Shown in pieces: positions 15,100-27,673 of a DNA stretch of 64,000 nucleotides; the stretch's first letter is position 1; each line of letters opens with the position of its first letter. The stretch is from Eledone cirrhosa (Eukaryota). The position numbers were made by a program, and so were the translations under genes. The notes under the pieces are model-generated. The model was not told the origin of the DNA. It worked only from the letters and a program-made list of their open reading frames with translations, and ran no database searches. The stretch spans positions 305,288,001-305,352,000 of the forward strand of contig OZ024742.1 of NCBI GenBank assembly GCA_964016885.1. Reading direction: 5' to 3'.

Positions 15100-15321
15100 T
15101 GGTCTTTAAAAGACAAAAACATTAAATATACCATCTTTTGGAAGAAGATTTCTTCTGCATCCTCATACTTGAACAGCTCTCTATCTAAAATCTGTAATCT
15201 CTGCCTAAATGAAAAATTTACCATTATCTCTAACCTAGATTCTATAATAAATAGACGCACAGATTTGTTTTCTATCTGCCTGCATAAATTCCATAGAACT
15301 TTTCACAAAGTATACAGTTAA
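15100..15321 (+). pseudogene. PLE GIY-YIG endonuclease C-terminal fragment (Nematis-like)
   Basis: The open frame reads WSLKDKNIKYTIFWKKISSASSYLNSSLSKICNLCLNEKFTIISNLDSIINRRTDLFSICLHKFHRTFHKVYS*. It matches the W.LK..Y.I.W..CNLCL.EK..I..N.R..L.S.C.H pattern. It has no start codon, so it is absent from the ORF track. Confidence 0.85.
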
Positions 15322-16315
15322 TATTCAATTCTTTATCAATTTAGAATCTTTTCTCAAAGGCACATATACATACACCTCTTTAAAATATACCCATCTACCT
15401 TACTTTAAAGGGCATTATACACTCTATAATACTTGTTTACTCATTACCCTCATTCTATCTTCACCTTGTAAAATCATAACATATACAATATTCATCCGCA
15501 ATCATTATTATTTTTTCTCTCTATCATAAATCTTTTTAATCTCAATTTCATCCTTAATTTATTATTTTTTTCTCCCCATCAACGAACTCATTATTAATAC
15601 ATATTAACTCTTTATTCGCATATATTATCAATTCAACCAATATACAAACTTTAACTTCACATTATTTTTCTCAAATCCTTCTACACACAAACCTTAATAA
15701 TTTTTCTCTTCGTTAATTTTGAAATTGCCACAATATATACATTTCTTTTTTTGACGTTAGAATATTCATCCACAATTATTATTTTTTTCTCTCTATCTTC
15801 ATACATAATTTCCCTTCGTTAATTTTCAAATTCCTTTAATTTATACATTATCTTCCAACGGTTCCCAACCTCTCTATGTTAAAACAATATATCTTTTTCT
15901 CAGTTATAAAAACTATCTCTTTCTCTCTATCACCCATCTCTCCCTCTCCACCTTCACTCTCATCTCCTCCCCCTTATTTTCACCCCCCCCCCCCTCCCTA
16001 AATAAAATATTTTTTCCTCGCACATATCCTCCCTTCGTTAATTTTCAAAATTTTTAATTTATACAGTATCTTCCAACGGTTTTCAACCTCTCTATGTAAA
16101 AAATATATCTCCTCTCAGTTATAAAAACTATCTCTTTCTCTCTATCACCCATCTCTCCCTCTCATCTCCTTCCCTTTTCATCCTTTCCACCCACCCCCCT
16201 CTCTAAATAAAATATTTTTTCCCAATATCACACATCAATCTAAAACCACTTTTCATATGTTGATTTAAAACTGCACTATCCACAAGTGTTTTTTAGCCTT
16301 CATATCATGTTCTCC

Positions 16316-16386
16316 TGTTTTATCTGATGAAAACACAAATATTATTGCATGATGATGTTTGTTTTTGAAATGCGCATAATAAAATA
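16316..16386 (+). ncRNA. Type I hammerhead ribozyme
   Basis: TGTTTTAT-CTGATGA-AAACACAAATATTATTGCATGATGATGTTTGTTTTT-GAAA-TGCGCA-TA^ATAAAATA. Stem I has 8 bp and stem III is the palindrome ATGCGCAT. Confidence 0.85.
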
Positions 16387-16416
16387 CATGGAACTCCTTT
16401 AACCATCTTTTGATCT

Positions 16417-16483
<67 letters not shown>

Positions 16484-16600
16484 AATATATATAGAGACAT
16501 AGTGATAGATACACAATATATTACTTGTCATTGAAGTGAGGTGTAGAAGAGGTGATCAAGTTTTGCTAAATATGACATATAGATAATCAGAGTGAGAGAG

Positions 16601-16661
<61 letters not shown>

Positions 16662-16826
16662 GACGGGACGGGGGGACAGACAGAGAATGTATTACTGGGC
16701 AGGGAGGTGAGGAGCAAGGGAGCTGATAAATATGAGAAAACAAAAATTCAAAAATATTCTCTTTGATGTATTTTAGAATTGAAATTCTTTCATTTAGATC
16801 TCAGCCTAGAAGAAGAACAACAATAG

Positions 16827-16875
<49 letters not shown>

Positions 16876-16960
16876 AGATACTACTACTGCTACTGCTACT
16901 TATAATACTACTACCACATATAATACTACTACCTCATTCACAACCACCACCACCACTACC

Positions 16961-17027
<67 letters not shown>

Positions 17028-17340
17028 TACTACTACTACTACCGTAACAATATTTGTAAACATCATTCAATGCAACATTTACAAAGATAGGAACATTAAC
17101 AGTAACAATGATTACAACATCATTTCAAATAGTAACCAACCAGTGAGGGATCTTCTTAGTTGTCACTTGACCTGCTAGAAATGGCAAATATATCCCTCCA
17201 ATTATATCCTACGGTTTTAAACACGACTCCGTGCTTAACAACTTCATGTCCGTATTTCTAATGAAATGCATCCTATTTCTATTAATTAAGGAAGAATTTA
17301 GAGTGATTTACAAAAAAAATATTCATTAGTCCATCATGAA

Positions 17341-17458
17341 GGAGCGTGGCTGAGTGATTAGAGAATTGGATTCGCAATCGTAAGGTTATGAGTTCGATTC
17401 CCGGACCGGGCGATGCGTTATGTCCTTGAGCAAGACACTTTATTTCACGTTGCTCCAT
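17341..17458 (+). mobile_element. SINE family B, 5' part (tRNA-like head)
   Basis: A-box GTGGCTGAGTGATT, B-box GAGTTCGATTCCC, then tgtccttgagcaagacacttta. Confidence 0.8.
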
Positions 17459-17934
17459 CTGCCTGGATTTGCGATCGGTAGATATTATTAGCAATTACAA
17501 AGATCAAAGGAAACATTGTTTTCTCGGTCCGATTTGACATTCGTTAAGCGAATGGGGTCTTGGATCTTTTCGATCAACTTAGACTTCCCATCACTAAGTT
17601 AGTATCTTAACATGTTGTTATTACATAAAGTTATGATGGTAGATTTTGATTTAAATAGAAAGCCTTTGAAATAAGTGAATTTGATCCATGGACCCAGATT
17701 CGGTTTTGGTCGAATAAGTATCAAAAATATTAATGTGGTTCTCTGCTCCCTTTGGTTGGGAAAAATATGGGATGGTCGTGGTTAGAAGGCCTTTGTTTTT
17801 AGGCCTGCTTATTCAATCAATCAGAGATTACAAGGAGCTAAACAAAAACAAGAATGACAGCATTAATAATAACAACAACAGCAACAACAACAACAATCAC
17901 AACGATTACGACAATGTACTACACAATCATTTAG

Positions 17935-18850
17935 ATCCTTGCCTAGCCTTGAATGAACACATTTGAATATTTTCAACCAGAATCCTTGGATCCTAACCAG
18001 TCCAAGCGATTTCCAGTTTGACATTTTCCTAATTTACTCTTGAACGTCTTCCTTTGAAATTCTTTCTGTATTGGTTGCCATGTATTGGTTCATTAGGTAA
18101 CTTATGCTCAACTTCATTTACCAATCTCGCATCATTTTTATGCTCATATGTAAACTCCCACAGAGTTGACCAAAATTGTGTGCATTTTTCAGCATTAGGT
18201 GTAACTGCTACATAATATCCCCCTAACATTGTTCTAAAGAATATTTCTTGATTTCCAGAGAACACGCTGTTCTGTTCGTATTATTTTTGTCTATTTGTAT
18301 AGTGCCTAACACGATTAGATTTTACCTTAATTCACTATTTCACTTCTTCTTTCATTCAAAACTTTCAACTTTATTTTATACCTCATGCCCATACTTTGTT
18401 TCTCCTCTACTCTGGCCTTTTTCCATATTCCTCTATGCCATGCATCAATTTTACCTAGATCCTTACTGAGCTATATTACCTTCCAATCTTCCACCAGGGT
18501 TCCTTACATTTTTCCCTTTCAGTTTATTTAATACTTAATTGCTCACCCACCAGAAACCCTGCAGTGTTAATTAATTTTCTCTAGTCGGTGATACCATTAG
18601 TTTCTACGTACATCATTGAATGTTTTACTTAGGTTGCTATATTCCGAAGATCCAGCATCATCGTATTGTATCCAGGATCATTAAATAGATCTCTCAATAT
18701 TGTTTCTTCCCCTTCAACATTTCCATTTTTATTCAAACTTTCAGTGTCCACATCATCAGACACTTCATTTTCCACTCCTTCCATATTTAGTGTTTCACCA
18801 TTTTCCCCCTCATAAACCCTGTCTGTATCGTCTTTAATGTTCTTAATGTG
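17935..18850 (-). mobile_element. Degenerate R4/Dong-clade non-LTR retrotransposon fragment (region N-terminal to RT)
   Basis: Frameshifted peptides EPWWK.., NRVRHYTNRQK*YEQNSVFSGNQEIFFR, FWSTLWE..EHK and KMSNWKSLGLVRIQGFWLK, which resembles NWKSPGPD.IQGFWLK. Confidence 0.75.
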
Positions 18851-18874
18851 AATCCTGTGTGGTGAATAAAGAAG

Positions 18875-18875
<1 letters not shown>

Positions 18876-18907
<32 letters not shown>

Positions 18908-19126
18908 CTATCATCATCACCATCATCATCATTATCATCATCATCATCACCATCGTCATCATGATCATCACCATCACTATCATCATTATCATCATCAAGG
19001 GCAACAATAACAAGAACAATATCAGATCATCATCATCATCACCATCATCATCACCATCATCATCATCATTATCATCATCATCATCTTTATCATCATTACG
19101 GGCAACAATAACAAGAACAATATCAG

Positions 19127-19180
<54 letters not shown>

Positions 19181-19379
19181 AGCAGCAGTACTAACAGTAA
19201 CTACAACAAGAAAAACAACAACGTCAAATATATCCTGGCCCGAGAACAATGTAATTAATTAGATAAATGTGATAATGAAATAATTCTTTGCGAATTTCCC
19301 TTCCCTAAATGTTTTCGTTAATTTTCCAAATGGGTGTAGCAGCAGCAGCAGCAGCAGCGGGAGCAGAACTAGCAGCAGC

Positions 19380-19435
<56 letters not shown>

Positions 19436-19466
19436 CACTAGTACCAGCAGCAGCAGAAGTAGTAGT

Positions 19467-19543
<77 letters not shown>

Positions 19544-19590
19544 CACTAGTACCAGCAGCAGCAGCTGCAGTAGTAGTAGTAGTAGTAGTG
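18876..19590. repeat. Triplet microsatellite cluster (ATC)n, (AGC)n, (TAG)n
   Basis: Seen directly. Confidence 0.95.
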
Positions 19591-20419
19591 TTTTGGAGTG
19601 GGGTTTGTTGGTAGGTGTTTGTATATGTGTGCTGTGTGTGGTGTAGTAGGGTGTTGTATGATGCGATGTGGTGCGGTGCAGTGTGATGTGTTGTGGTGGT
19701 GCTGAGGTGTAGTGTAGTGTGGTTAGGAGGTGTTTTGTTGTGGGGCGTTGTGTGTGCCAGGGGTGGGGTAATGTTTGTGTGTGTGATGAAACTCTCTGTC
19801 TTCAATTGACGGGAGGTAACTGCGTGCTGTACTAAGACAAAGCAAAGGTGTCAGTCTGTTTTCTCTTATCGGCTTCTAGATTATCATCACACCTCTGTGC
19901 CCCCACCACCATTTCCACCACCATCAACAACAGCCGCATCACCACCACCAACAACACCAACAGCGTCACCACCATAAATGTCACAACTACCACCAACATC
20001 AACAACAACACTACCACCACTACCACGTCGTAGTCATCAACTTTATCAACATTTTCTTTATCACAAACACCATCAACTTAGCCATCATAGTATCACTTCT
20101 TACTACCAACACTAATAATAAAACACCACCACCACCAACACCAGCACCACCACCATACCTAACACTAAAACAGCACCACGGCCATAACCACAACCACCAC
20201 CATTCTACAATCTCTCGGTACCAACACTAGCAACAAAACAGTACCACCAACATTACCACCAGCACTAGCACCACCATCACCGCTATAGACATTATCTCCA
20301 TCTCCACCACATCTACTGTCATAGGCACTATCTCCACCGCCTCTACTGTCATAGCCACTATCTCCATCATCTCCACCACCACCACCACCACCACTGCTAT
20401 AGACAGTATCTACATCTTC

Positions 20420-21125
20420 ACCACCACCACCACCACCACTGCCATATACACTATCTCCACCACCACCACCACCACTGCCATAGACACTATCTCCACCACC
20501 ACCACCACTGCCATAGACACTATCTCCACCTCCACCACCACTGCCATAGACACTATCTCCAGCACTACCACCACTGCCATAGACACTATCTCCACCACCA
20601 CCACCACTGCCATAGACACTATCTCCACCACCACCACCACTGCCATAGACATTATCTCCACCACCACCACCACTGCCATAGACACTATCTCCACCTCCAC
20701 CACCACTGCCATAGACACTATCTCCAGCACCACCACCACTGCCATAGACACTATCTCCACCACCACCACCACTGCCATAGACACTATCTCCACCACCACC
20801 ACCACCACTGCCATAGACACTATCTCCACCACCACCACCACTGCCATAGACACTATCTCCACCACCACCACCACTGCCATAGACACTATCTCCACCACCA
20901 CCACCACTGCCATAGACACTATCTCCACCACCACCACCACTGCCATAGACACTATCTCTACCACCACCACCACTGCCATAGACACTATCTCCACCACCAC
21001 CACCACTGCCATAGACACTATCTCCACCACCACCACCACTGCCATAGACACTATCTCCACCACCACCACCACTGCCATAGACACTATCTCCACCACCACC
21101 ACCACTGCCATAGACACTATCACCA
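20420..21125. repeat. 33-bp minisatellite, about 21 copies: (cca)5ctgccatagacactatct
   Basis: Tandem units seen directly. The minus strand reads (GGGGGDSVYGS)n. Confidence 0.95.
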
Positions 21126-22102
21126 TCATCATCACCACTACTGCAAGCTTTTTTTTCTACTTTTACTATCACTCTGCTTAACCCCCCCCCTCTCATACTG
21201 TACTGAGATTTGCTGCAGTCACCAGTGACACCCTACAAATACACCTAGAGCCAACAACTACAACAACAACAACCATCACAACAGCAGCAGCAGCAACACC
21301 ACCAACAACAACAGCAACAACAGTGACAACGACAATAACAACAACAACAACAACAGCAGCAACAACAGCAGCAGCAACACCACCAACAACAACAACAGCA
21401 GCGTCAACATAAACATCAACAACAACAACAACAGCAACAAGAACAACAATCACAACAGCGACAACGTCAACATCAACAGCAACAACAACAACAACGTCAA
21501 CATCAACAGCAACAACAACATCAACAATCTCAACAGTGACAACAACAACAACAACGTCACCATCAGCAACAAGAACAATCTCAACAGTAACAACGACAAC
21601 AACAACAACGTCAACATCAACAACCACGACAACAACAGCACAAACAACAAGAACAACAGCAACAACGACAAAAAAATGCACCTTTCATATCAACATTAAG
21701 TAAAGGGAAAGAAAAAAGAAGGCAGAGAAAAAGAAAGAAAGAAAGAAAGATAGAAAGAAAGAATGAAGACAGAGAAAAAGAAAGAAAGAAAGAAAACAAA
21801 GAAAAAGAAGGACAAAGGCGGTGGGGGTCGGGGAGGAGAGTTGGAGTGGAGAAGGAACGTAACAACAAAAGATTCCAATTTAGGTTGACAGGAAAACGGG
21901 AGAGTTTCTAGACTGGTGGGTTGGAGACTGGAGTAGACAGGAACGACGGGTAGGGGACAATGACGATAGCCGGAAGGGGGGGGGGGGTAAGAAGGAGGAG
22001 AAGAAGAAGAAGAAGAAGAAGAAGAAGAAGAAGAAGAAGAAGAAGGAGAGCGTCTGTATGGGTTTATGAAGAGTGTGTGTTTGTGTGTGTGTATATATAC
22101 AG

Positions 22103-22162
<60 letters not shown>

Positions 22163-22168
<6 letters not shown>

Positions 22169-22423
22169 ATATTAACAAATGGAAACTATATTTATAAAAC
22201 CATATTTATTCCATTATACATATTTCAAGGGCCACCAAGGTAAACTATGGTGCGATTTCATCAGATAAAATATAATATAGGTTACTTTTATAAATAAATA
22301 TTGACATACCCTGAAAAAATGCAACCATTCTGGTTGGAATTTACTCCAATAATTTGTTGAGTGCTTTATATCAGTTATAAAAATATTTTGCTTGTTGTAT
22401 CCCAACAAATTAAATATAACTTC

Positions 22424-22428
<5 letters not shown>
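22163..22428. mobile_element. Mini-PLE, family 'ATGGTTGCA': inverted pLTR plus sense tail, in (TA)n
   Basis: Homologous to 25790-26500 and 63671-63900. Hammerhead on the minus strand, TTGAGTGCT tail (22357) on the plus strand. Confidence 0.8.
22208..22271 (-). ncRNA. Type I hammerhead ribozyme
   Basis: ATTTTAT-CTGATGA-AATCGCACCATAGTTTACCTTGGTGGCCCTT-GAAA-TATGTA-TA^ATGGAAT. Confidence 0.75.
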
Positions 22429-22455
<27 letters not shown>

Positions 22456-22542
22456 CGCGTGTGTGTGTATATATGTATACATACCTATATATATATATAT
22501 ATATATGTATGTATATATATATATATATAAATATATGTATAT

Positions 22543-22640
<98 letters not shown>

Positions 22641-22983
22641 ACGAGTGTATGTGTGTTGGAAAAAGATGTAATGTGATGATGTAGACGAGAAAAGAAAATA
22701 AGGAAGAGAATAGGATAAATTGTGTGTAATAATAGTAGTGTTATTAGTAGCCACAGTAGTGGTATGAGGGGAAAAGTAAAACTGAATGAGAGGGAGAGAA
22801 GGTGAGAGGGTATGAAAGGTCGACAGAGTGAGAGAGGTTGGAGAGAGACCAGTAGAGAGTGTATAGAGTGTGTGTGTGTGTGGGGGGGAGGTGGCATAAA
22901 GAGAACTTAATAGAGTGTTTATGTACGTGTGTTATGGAAGGTATAGCGAAGCTTACATAACACACTCGTATAAATCTACAGGC

Positions 22984-23038
<55 letters not shown>

Positions 23039-24538
23039 GATCATACACATGCATATATCAATGTTTTATATGTATTGACCTAGACAATTATATATATGGC
23101 ACAAATATAGATCACTCATACACATTCGCACATGTGCACACAAACACACACGCATTCATGTTTACACACAACACACACTTGCATTGATATAACTTTCACA
23201 CAAACATATGTATTCTTCTACATGCGTACACACATACACCAACACACCTATGGATCTACAGAATAGCCACACATCTCACTCACAAGTGTATATAAACATA
23301 GCTGACACAGACATACGTGTATAGATCTATATACAAACAACCATACACACGCATGTATCATCCTAAACTCACTCACTTGTGTATCACACACACACACACA
23401 CATAGACACACACGCACATAGACACACGTATATATCTGTACAATATGAGATTGTATCATACCTACTACAGGAATAAGCCATGGCGGGATTTGAACTAAGG
23501 ACACAAAGAATGGCAACAAATACCACAAGGCATTTTCTCCGACCCTCTAAGGATCTTGTCAATCCAACACATTGGACTGATACTTGAAGTTACAAACCGT
23601 GAAAAGATGAAAGGCAGATTTGAAATCACAGCCACAAGACATTTTGGCTTAGGCTCTAATGTCTGTCAGCTTCAAAGTGTAATTTACCCTTGGTTATAGC
23701 TGTAATAAATCGAAATCTCCCAAAGAATTCCCTTAAGGGTACAGGTCTCTTTGGAATGTTCAGTTTTTTTGCAACTTAACTTCATGAGCAGGCTGTTACG
23801 TTGATTGAAAAACTGGAACATTCATCACCGAAATTGACGATGCCAAATCACAGCCTATTGTATATTCACCGCCGATAGCAATCTTTATTCGTATATCTAA
23901 TTCGCCGTGTATAGACAGTACGTCGCCAACTATACATAAGATATATATATGTGATGAATCAATATAGGGTTACCGTGAACAGCTCACAAATGTGCCTCTT
24001 ATTTGAAAGAAGCAAAAAAAAAAAAAAACAACACAAAAACAAGAAAAAACAAGTAAATATTTGGCAAATGGACATTTCATTTTGATCAAAAATAAAGAAA
24101 TGTTCGTATGCGAATAAGAATAAACTTCTTAAAAAGGGAGATAATTCTACTGTTGCTATGGTCAGCTATACCTGGATGTAGATAGATTTCGAGAGATTGT
24201 TACCAGGGGAGATTTCATTGATTACAATACAGTGACAATTGTAGTCGTGAACTGTATAGCTTGAATCATCGACTTCGGTGGTTTGGTGGCATTCCCGCTA
24301 CACTGCACTAATTGTTGACCTAGGACAAACAGACAGAGACTGCTTGCTAGAAGACACACATCAACTTGTTGTGTGTAGAAACAGAATCAGAATCATCGAG
24401 AATATCAGAAAAAGGGGCAGATCAAACGGGAGAAGAACGCGCATACATACGCAAAACATGCATACATATACACACACTTATGCGTGCACATATACACATG
24501 CACACACAATCACACACACACACACACACATACACACA

Positions 24539-24652
<114 letters not shown>

Positions 24653-24936
24653 TATGTATACATATTTGCTTATATGTCTCTTTTTTCTTTCTCTCTCTCC
24701 ATGCATATAATCATTATAGAAAGGACATTAGATGATACTATTGCTGATGTTGACAATGATGATGATGATATGAATAAAGAGTGGGAGGGGGAGACTAACA
24801 AGCAACGTGTGAAGAAGGGCATGTATGTATACATACATATATGTATGATTGTATGTATGTATGTATCAATATATATATGTGTGAGTATGCATGTATGTAC
24901 GTATAAATTAATGAATGTATGTATATATGTATGCAT

Positions 24937-25375
24937 ATTTTCGGGTTATAGCTACTGTCGCTCAGAGAGTAGCATTGGCTCAGTGCGCAGTCTTTCCTCA
25001 CTTTGAAAAATATCTTCACGCACAGGCATTGCACGATGGAAGTAATTAATAATTATTAATAATGGTATATCGTGCAATGGCCATACTCGGTAACGAGGGG
25101 GCAGCCATCATGTATGTATGTATGTATGTACCTGCGGCTTCGGAAACATCCGATGATGTTGACCAGTTCTCCTTTTCAGGTAGAGTTTTCGATGTCAGAG
25201 AGTGTGATTGTTCGAGTGCAAGGCCTTTCCCCACTTAAAATACCTTCAAAGCACAGGCATTGCTTGTTCAGAATATGTTACAGGTTTGTGTGACTGGCCG
25301 TAACCTAAAAGTGCGCCAAACTCTATAATCTGTCAAGCGATTGCAGTACTCTTAGCAGAGTTTGCAACCATCATG
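24937..25375 (+). mobile_element. RTE-derived SINE-like copy (24937-25128) followed by a related RTE 5'-UTR-like fragment, each ending in (ATGT)n
   Basis: Similar to the reverse complement of 9256-9430. Shared gcacaggcattgc block. Confidence 0.65.
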
Positions 25376-25914
25376 TATGTATGTATGTATGTATGTATGT
25401 ATGTATGTATGTATGTATGTATGTATGTATGTGTGCATTGTTCATCTTTCCCTTTCTTTTTAATTTTCTATTCTCCCTACTTTCGTCTTCGATGCCTATA
25501 CTTTTCTTTCAGAAGAAGGTTTAGTGTCCGAAACATTAAATACCGTCTTATCTTTCATTTCAAGCGTTTAAACTAATAATTGACCATTCTACAACGTTTT
25601 TCTTGATTTCGTATCTCACATTTTCTCTCACTCTATCCATCACTACAAAACACTCCCCCTCTCTATTTCTACCAATCCTCCTACTCTATTCATTACCACC
25701 AAATCTGCCTCATTCTTCATCAACTAAACAACACTCTCTCAAAATACCACTCCCTATAGAAATTAACACCAAACTATATATATATATATATGCAAAAGTT
25801 CTATTTAAAATTGTTGGGATACAACAAGTAAATATTTTTATAACTGATATAAAGCACTCGACAAGTATTTATACGATATTAATAAATGGAAACTATATTT
25901 ATAAAACCATATTT

Positions 25915-25977
25915 ATTTCATTATACATATTTCAGGGATACCAAATTAAATTATGGTATGCTTTCATCAGACAAAAT
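25915..25977 (-). ncRNA. Type I hammerhead ribozyme
   Basis: ATTTTGT-CTGATGA-AAGCATACCATAATTTAATTTGGTATCCCT-GAAA-TATGTA-TA^ATGAAAT. Confidence 0.78.
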
Positions 25978-26392
25978 ACAATATATAACAGTTTTACAAA
26001 TAAGCTTTGACGTACCCTATTAAAATGCAACCATTATTTTTGGAAGTCATCCGGATAGTGAGTTGTTTATATTATTTTAATAAGTCATAGTCCTTAACAC
26101 TATGACTTATTAAAATAATATTAAAATAATATAATTAATATTAAATATTAAATATTAATATTAAATATTAAATATTAATATTAATATTAAATATTAAATA
26201 TTAAATATTAAATATTAATATTAATATTAAATATTAAAATAATATAATTAATATTAAAATAATATAATTGTCCTTAACACTATGACTTATTAAAATAATA
26301 TAAACAACTCACTATCCGGATGACTTCCAAAAATAATGGTTGCATTTTAATAGGGTACGTCAAAGCTTATTTGTAAAACTGTTATATATTGT

Positions 26393-26455
26393 ATTTTGTC
26401 TGATGAAGGCATACCATAATTTAATTTGGTATCCCTGAAATATGTATAATGAAAT
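26393..26455 (+). ncRNA. Type I hammerhead ribozyme
   Basis: ATTTTGT-CTGATGA-AGGCATACCATAATTTAATTTGGTATCCCT-GAAA-TATGTA-TA^ATGAAAT. Confidence 0.8.
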
Positions 26456-26751
26456 AAATATGGTTTTATAAATATAGTTTCCATTTATTAATATCGTATA
26501 TATATATATAGCGGCGATGAATTAGTTTTGCGAGGTTTTTTATATGAAATCGTGTGTCGAAACAAATATTGTTATACTTGGGGAGGCTCATATTTGTGTA
26601 ATATTGCCAGAATTAATAACATAACACACTCACTGTTTGGTTGGTTATATCTGTAATCTAACTTACTCGGTCCTCAATGTTGCCATTGACTGACCGACGG
26701 TCAAAAATAATACAGATACAATATAGACACAAACACATATATATAGTTTAT

Positions 26752-26790
26752 CATAAATCTTTCGTTGCACATCTGCAACATCGTCAGTGG
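26752..26790 (-). ncRNA. Minimal PLE-type hammerhead motif
   Basis: CCA-CTGACGA-T-GTTGCA-GATG-TGCAAC-GAAA-GATTTA-TG. Stem II is a perfect 6 bp, while stems I and III are weak. Confidence 0.6.
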
Positions 26791-27028
26791 TGTTATATTT
26801 TCCTCCTGTTGTGTTGTATGTCTACGCCATTTTTTATTCAGTCTGTCTATACACTTATTTATTTATTTGCTTGTTTGTTTATTTTATTTTATTTTGTCTT
26901 CTTTGCGCATGCGTTTGCGTGTGTGTATAGTGTTATGTTTGCTGTGTGATGGGTGACTAGTGTGTGTTTATGTGCTTGTTGTTATTGTGCTTGTGTATGT
27001 ATTTATTTATCTTATTTTATTTACTTAT

Positions 27029-27438
27029 TTATACTTCTCTTAGGTCAGTGTTGTTTGTTTGGGTGTTGTTGTTATTCCATTCATTCTTTCTGTTTAGCTT
27101 TGGTCATCTAATTTCTATTTCACTGGCCTCTCTGATTTGCCTATCTGCTGGGTCATTTCTATGTTTAGATATTATTCTAATTTCTATGTTGTCTATGTTA
27201 CCGTCATGTTGTTGTCTAGCATGTTCGTATAGTACTGACCCATTTTTTCGTCCTTTTAGTTCCCCCCAGTGTTGGTCTATCCGTTCACCTATACTACGAG
27301 CTGTCTCACCTATGTATGTTGTTGTCATGTTTCAGCAAGTACCCTCTGTACACCTTATGCTATAGACTACGTTTCTAGTTTTACAGTTTATCCGGGGGTT
27401 CACCTTACATATGATACATTTCCTATTGGTACAGTGGG
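27029..27438 (-). pseudogene. PLE GIY-YIG endonuclease remnant with Cys-rich linker (Neptune-like)
   Basis: HCTNRKCIICKVNPRINCKTRNVVYSIRCTEGTC*NMTTTYIGETARSIGERIDQH..LYEH..RQIREASEIEIR*PKLN. It has the VVY..YIGET..R..H..E..P.LN signature and two in-frame stops. Confidence 0.92.
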
Positions 27439-27528
27439 TTTTCGCGAGAAGCGAAAACCAACCAAACAGTGAGTGGGTTCTGTTATTAATTCTGGCAATA
27501 TTACACAAATATGACCCTCCCCAAGTAT

Positions 27529-27565
<37 letters not shown>

Positions 27566-27608
27566 AATTCAAAATATTAACAAAATAGATATTCTTGTGA
27601 TCAATTAT

Positions 27609-27673
27609 ATTTTATTATACATATTTCAGAGGTACTGAGTTAAGTTCAACAGTACGTCCTCATCAGATAAAAT
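27609..27673 (-). ncRNA. Type I hammerhead ribozyme
   Basis: ATTTTAT-CTGATGA-GGACGTACTG-TTGAACTTAACT-CAGTACCTCT-GAAA-TATGTA-TA^ATAAAAT, with a perfect 7-bp stem I. Confidence 0.88.

Larger units (their letters stand above)
14995..16423. mobile_element. Penelope-like element insertion with a long inverted pLTR, between two (TA)n tracts
   Basis: GIY-YIG C-terminus at 15100-15321 (+) and hammerhead at 16316 (+). The 21-bp end ccatcttttgatcttatatta (16403-16423) is inverted at 15082-15102. A minus-strand tail with TAGAGTGCT runs 15081 to 14995. There is an internal duplication of about 220 bp (about 15810-16025 and 16030-16222). Confidence 0.85.
25790..26500. mobile_element. Mini-PLE foldback (arms 25870-26091 and 26279-26500) with tail 25869 to 25790
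   Basis: Near-perfect inverted repeat of about 220 bp with one hammerhead per arm. TCGAGTGCT is on the minus strand at 25853-25861. Confidence 0.88.
26511..27537 (-). mobile_element. 5'-truncated Penelope-like element with an inverted 5' pLTR piece
   Basis: GIY-YIG remnant, then 3' UTR, minimal hammerhead and tail. An inverted repeat of about 80 bp lies at 26565-26646 and 27456-27536. (TA)n is on both sides. Confidence 0.9.

Noticed and set aside
17341-17415. tRNA gene
   Set aside because: It has A and B boxes but continues into a SINE body shared with other copies, and there is no clean cloverleaf or terminator.
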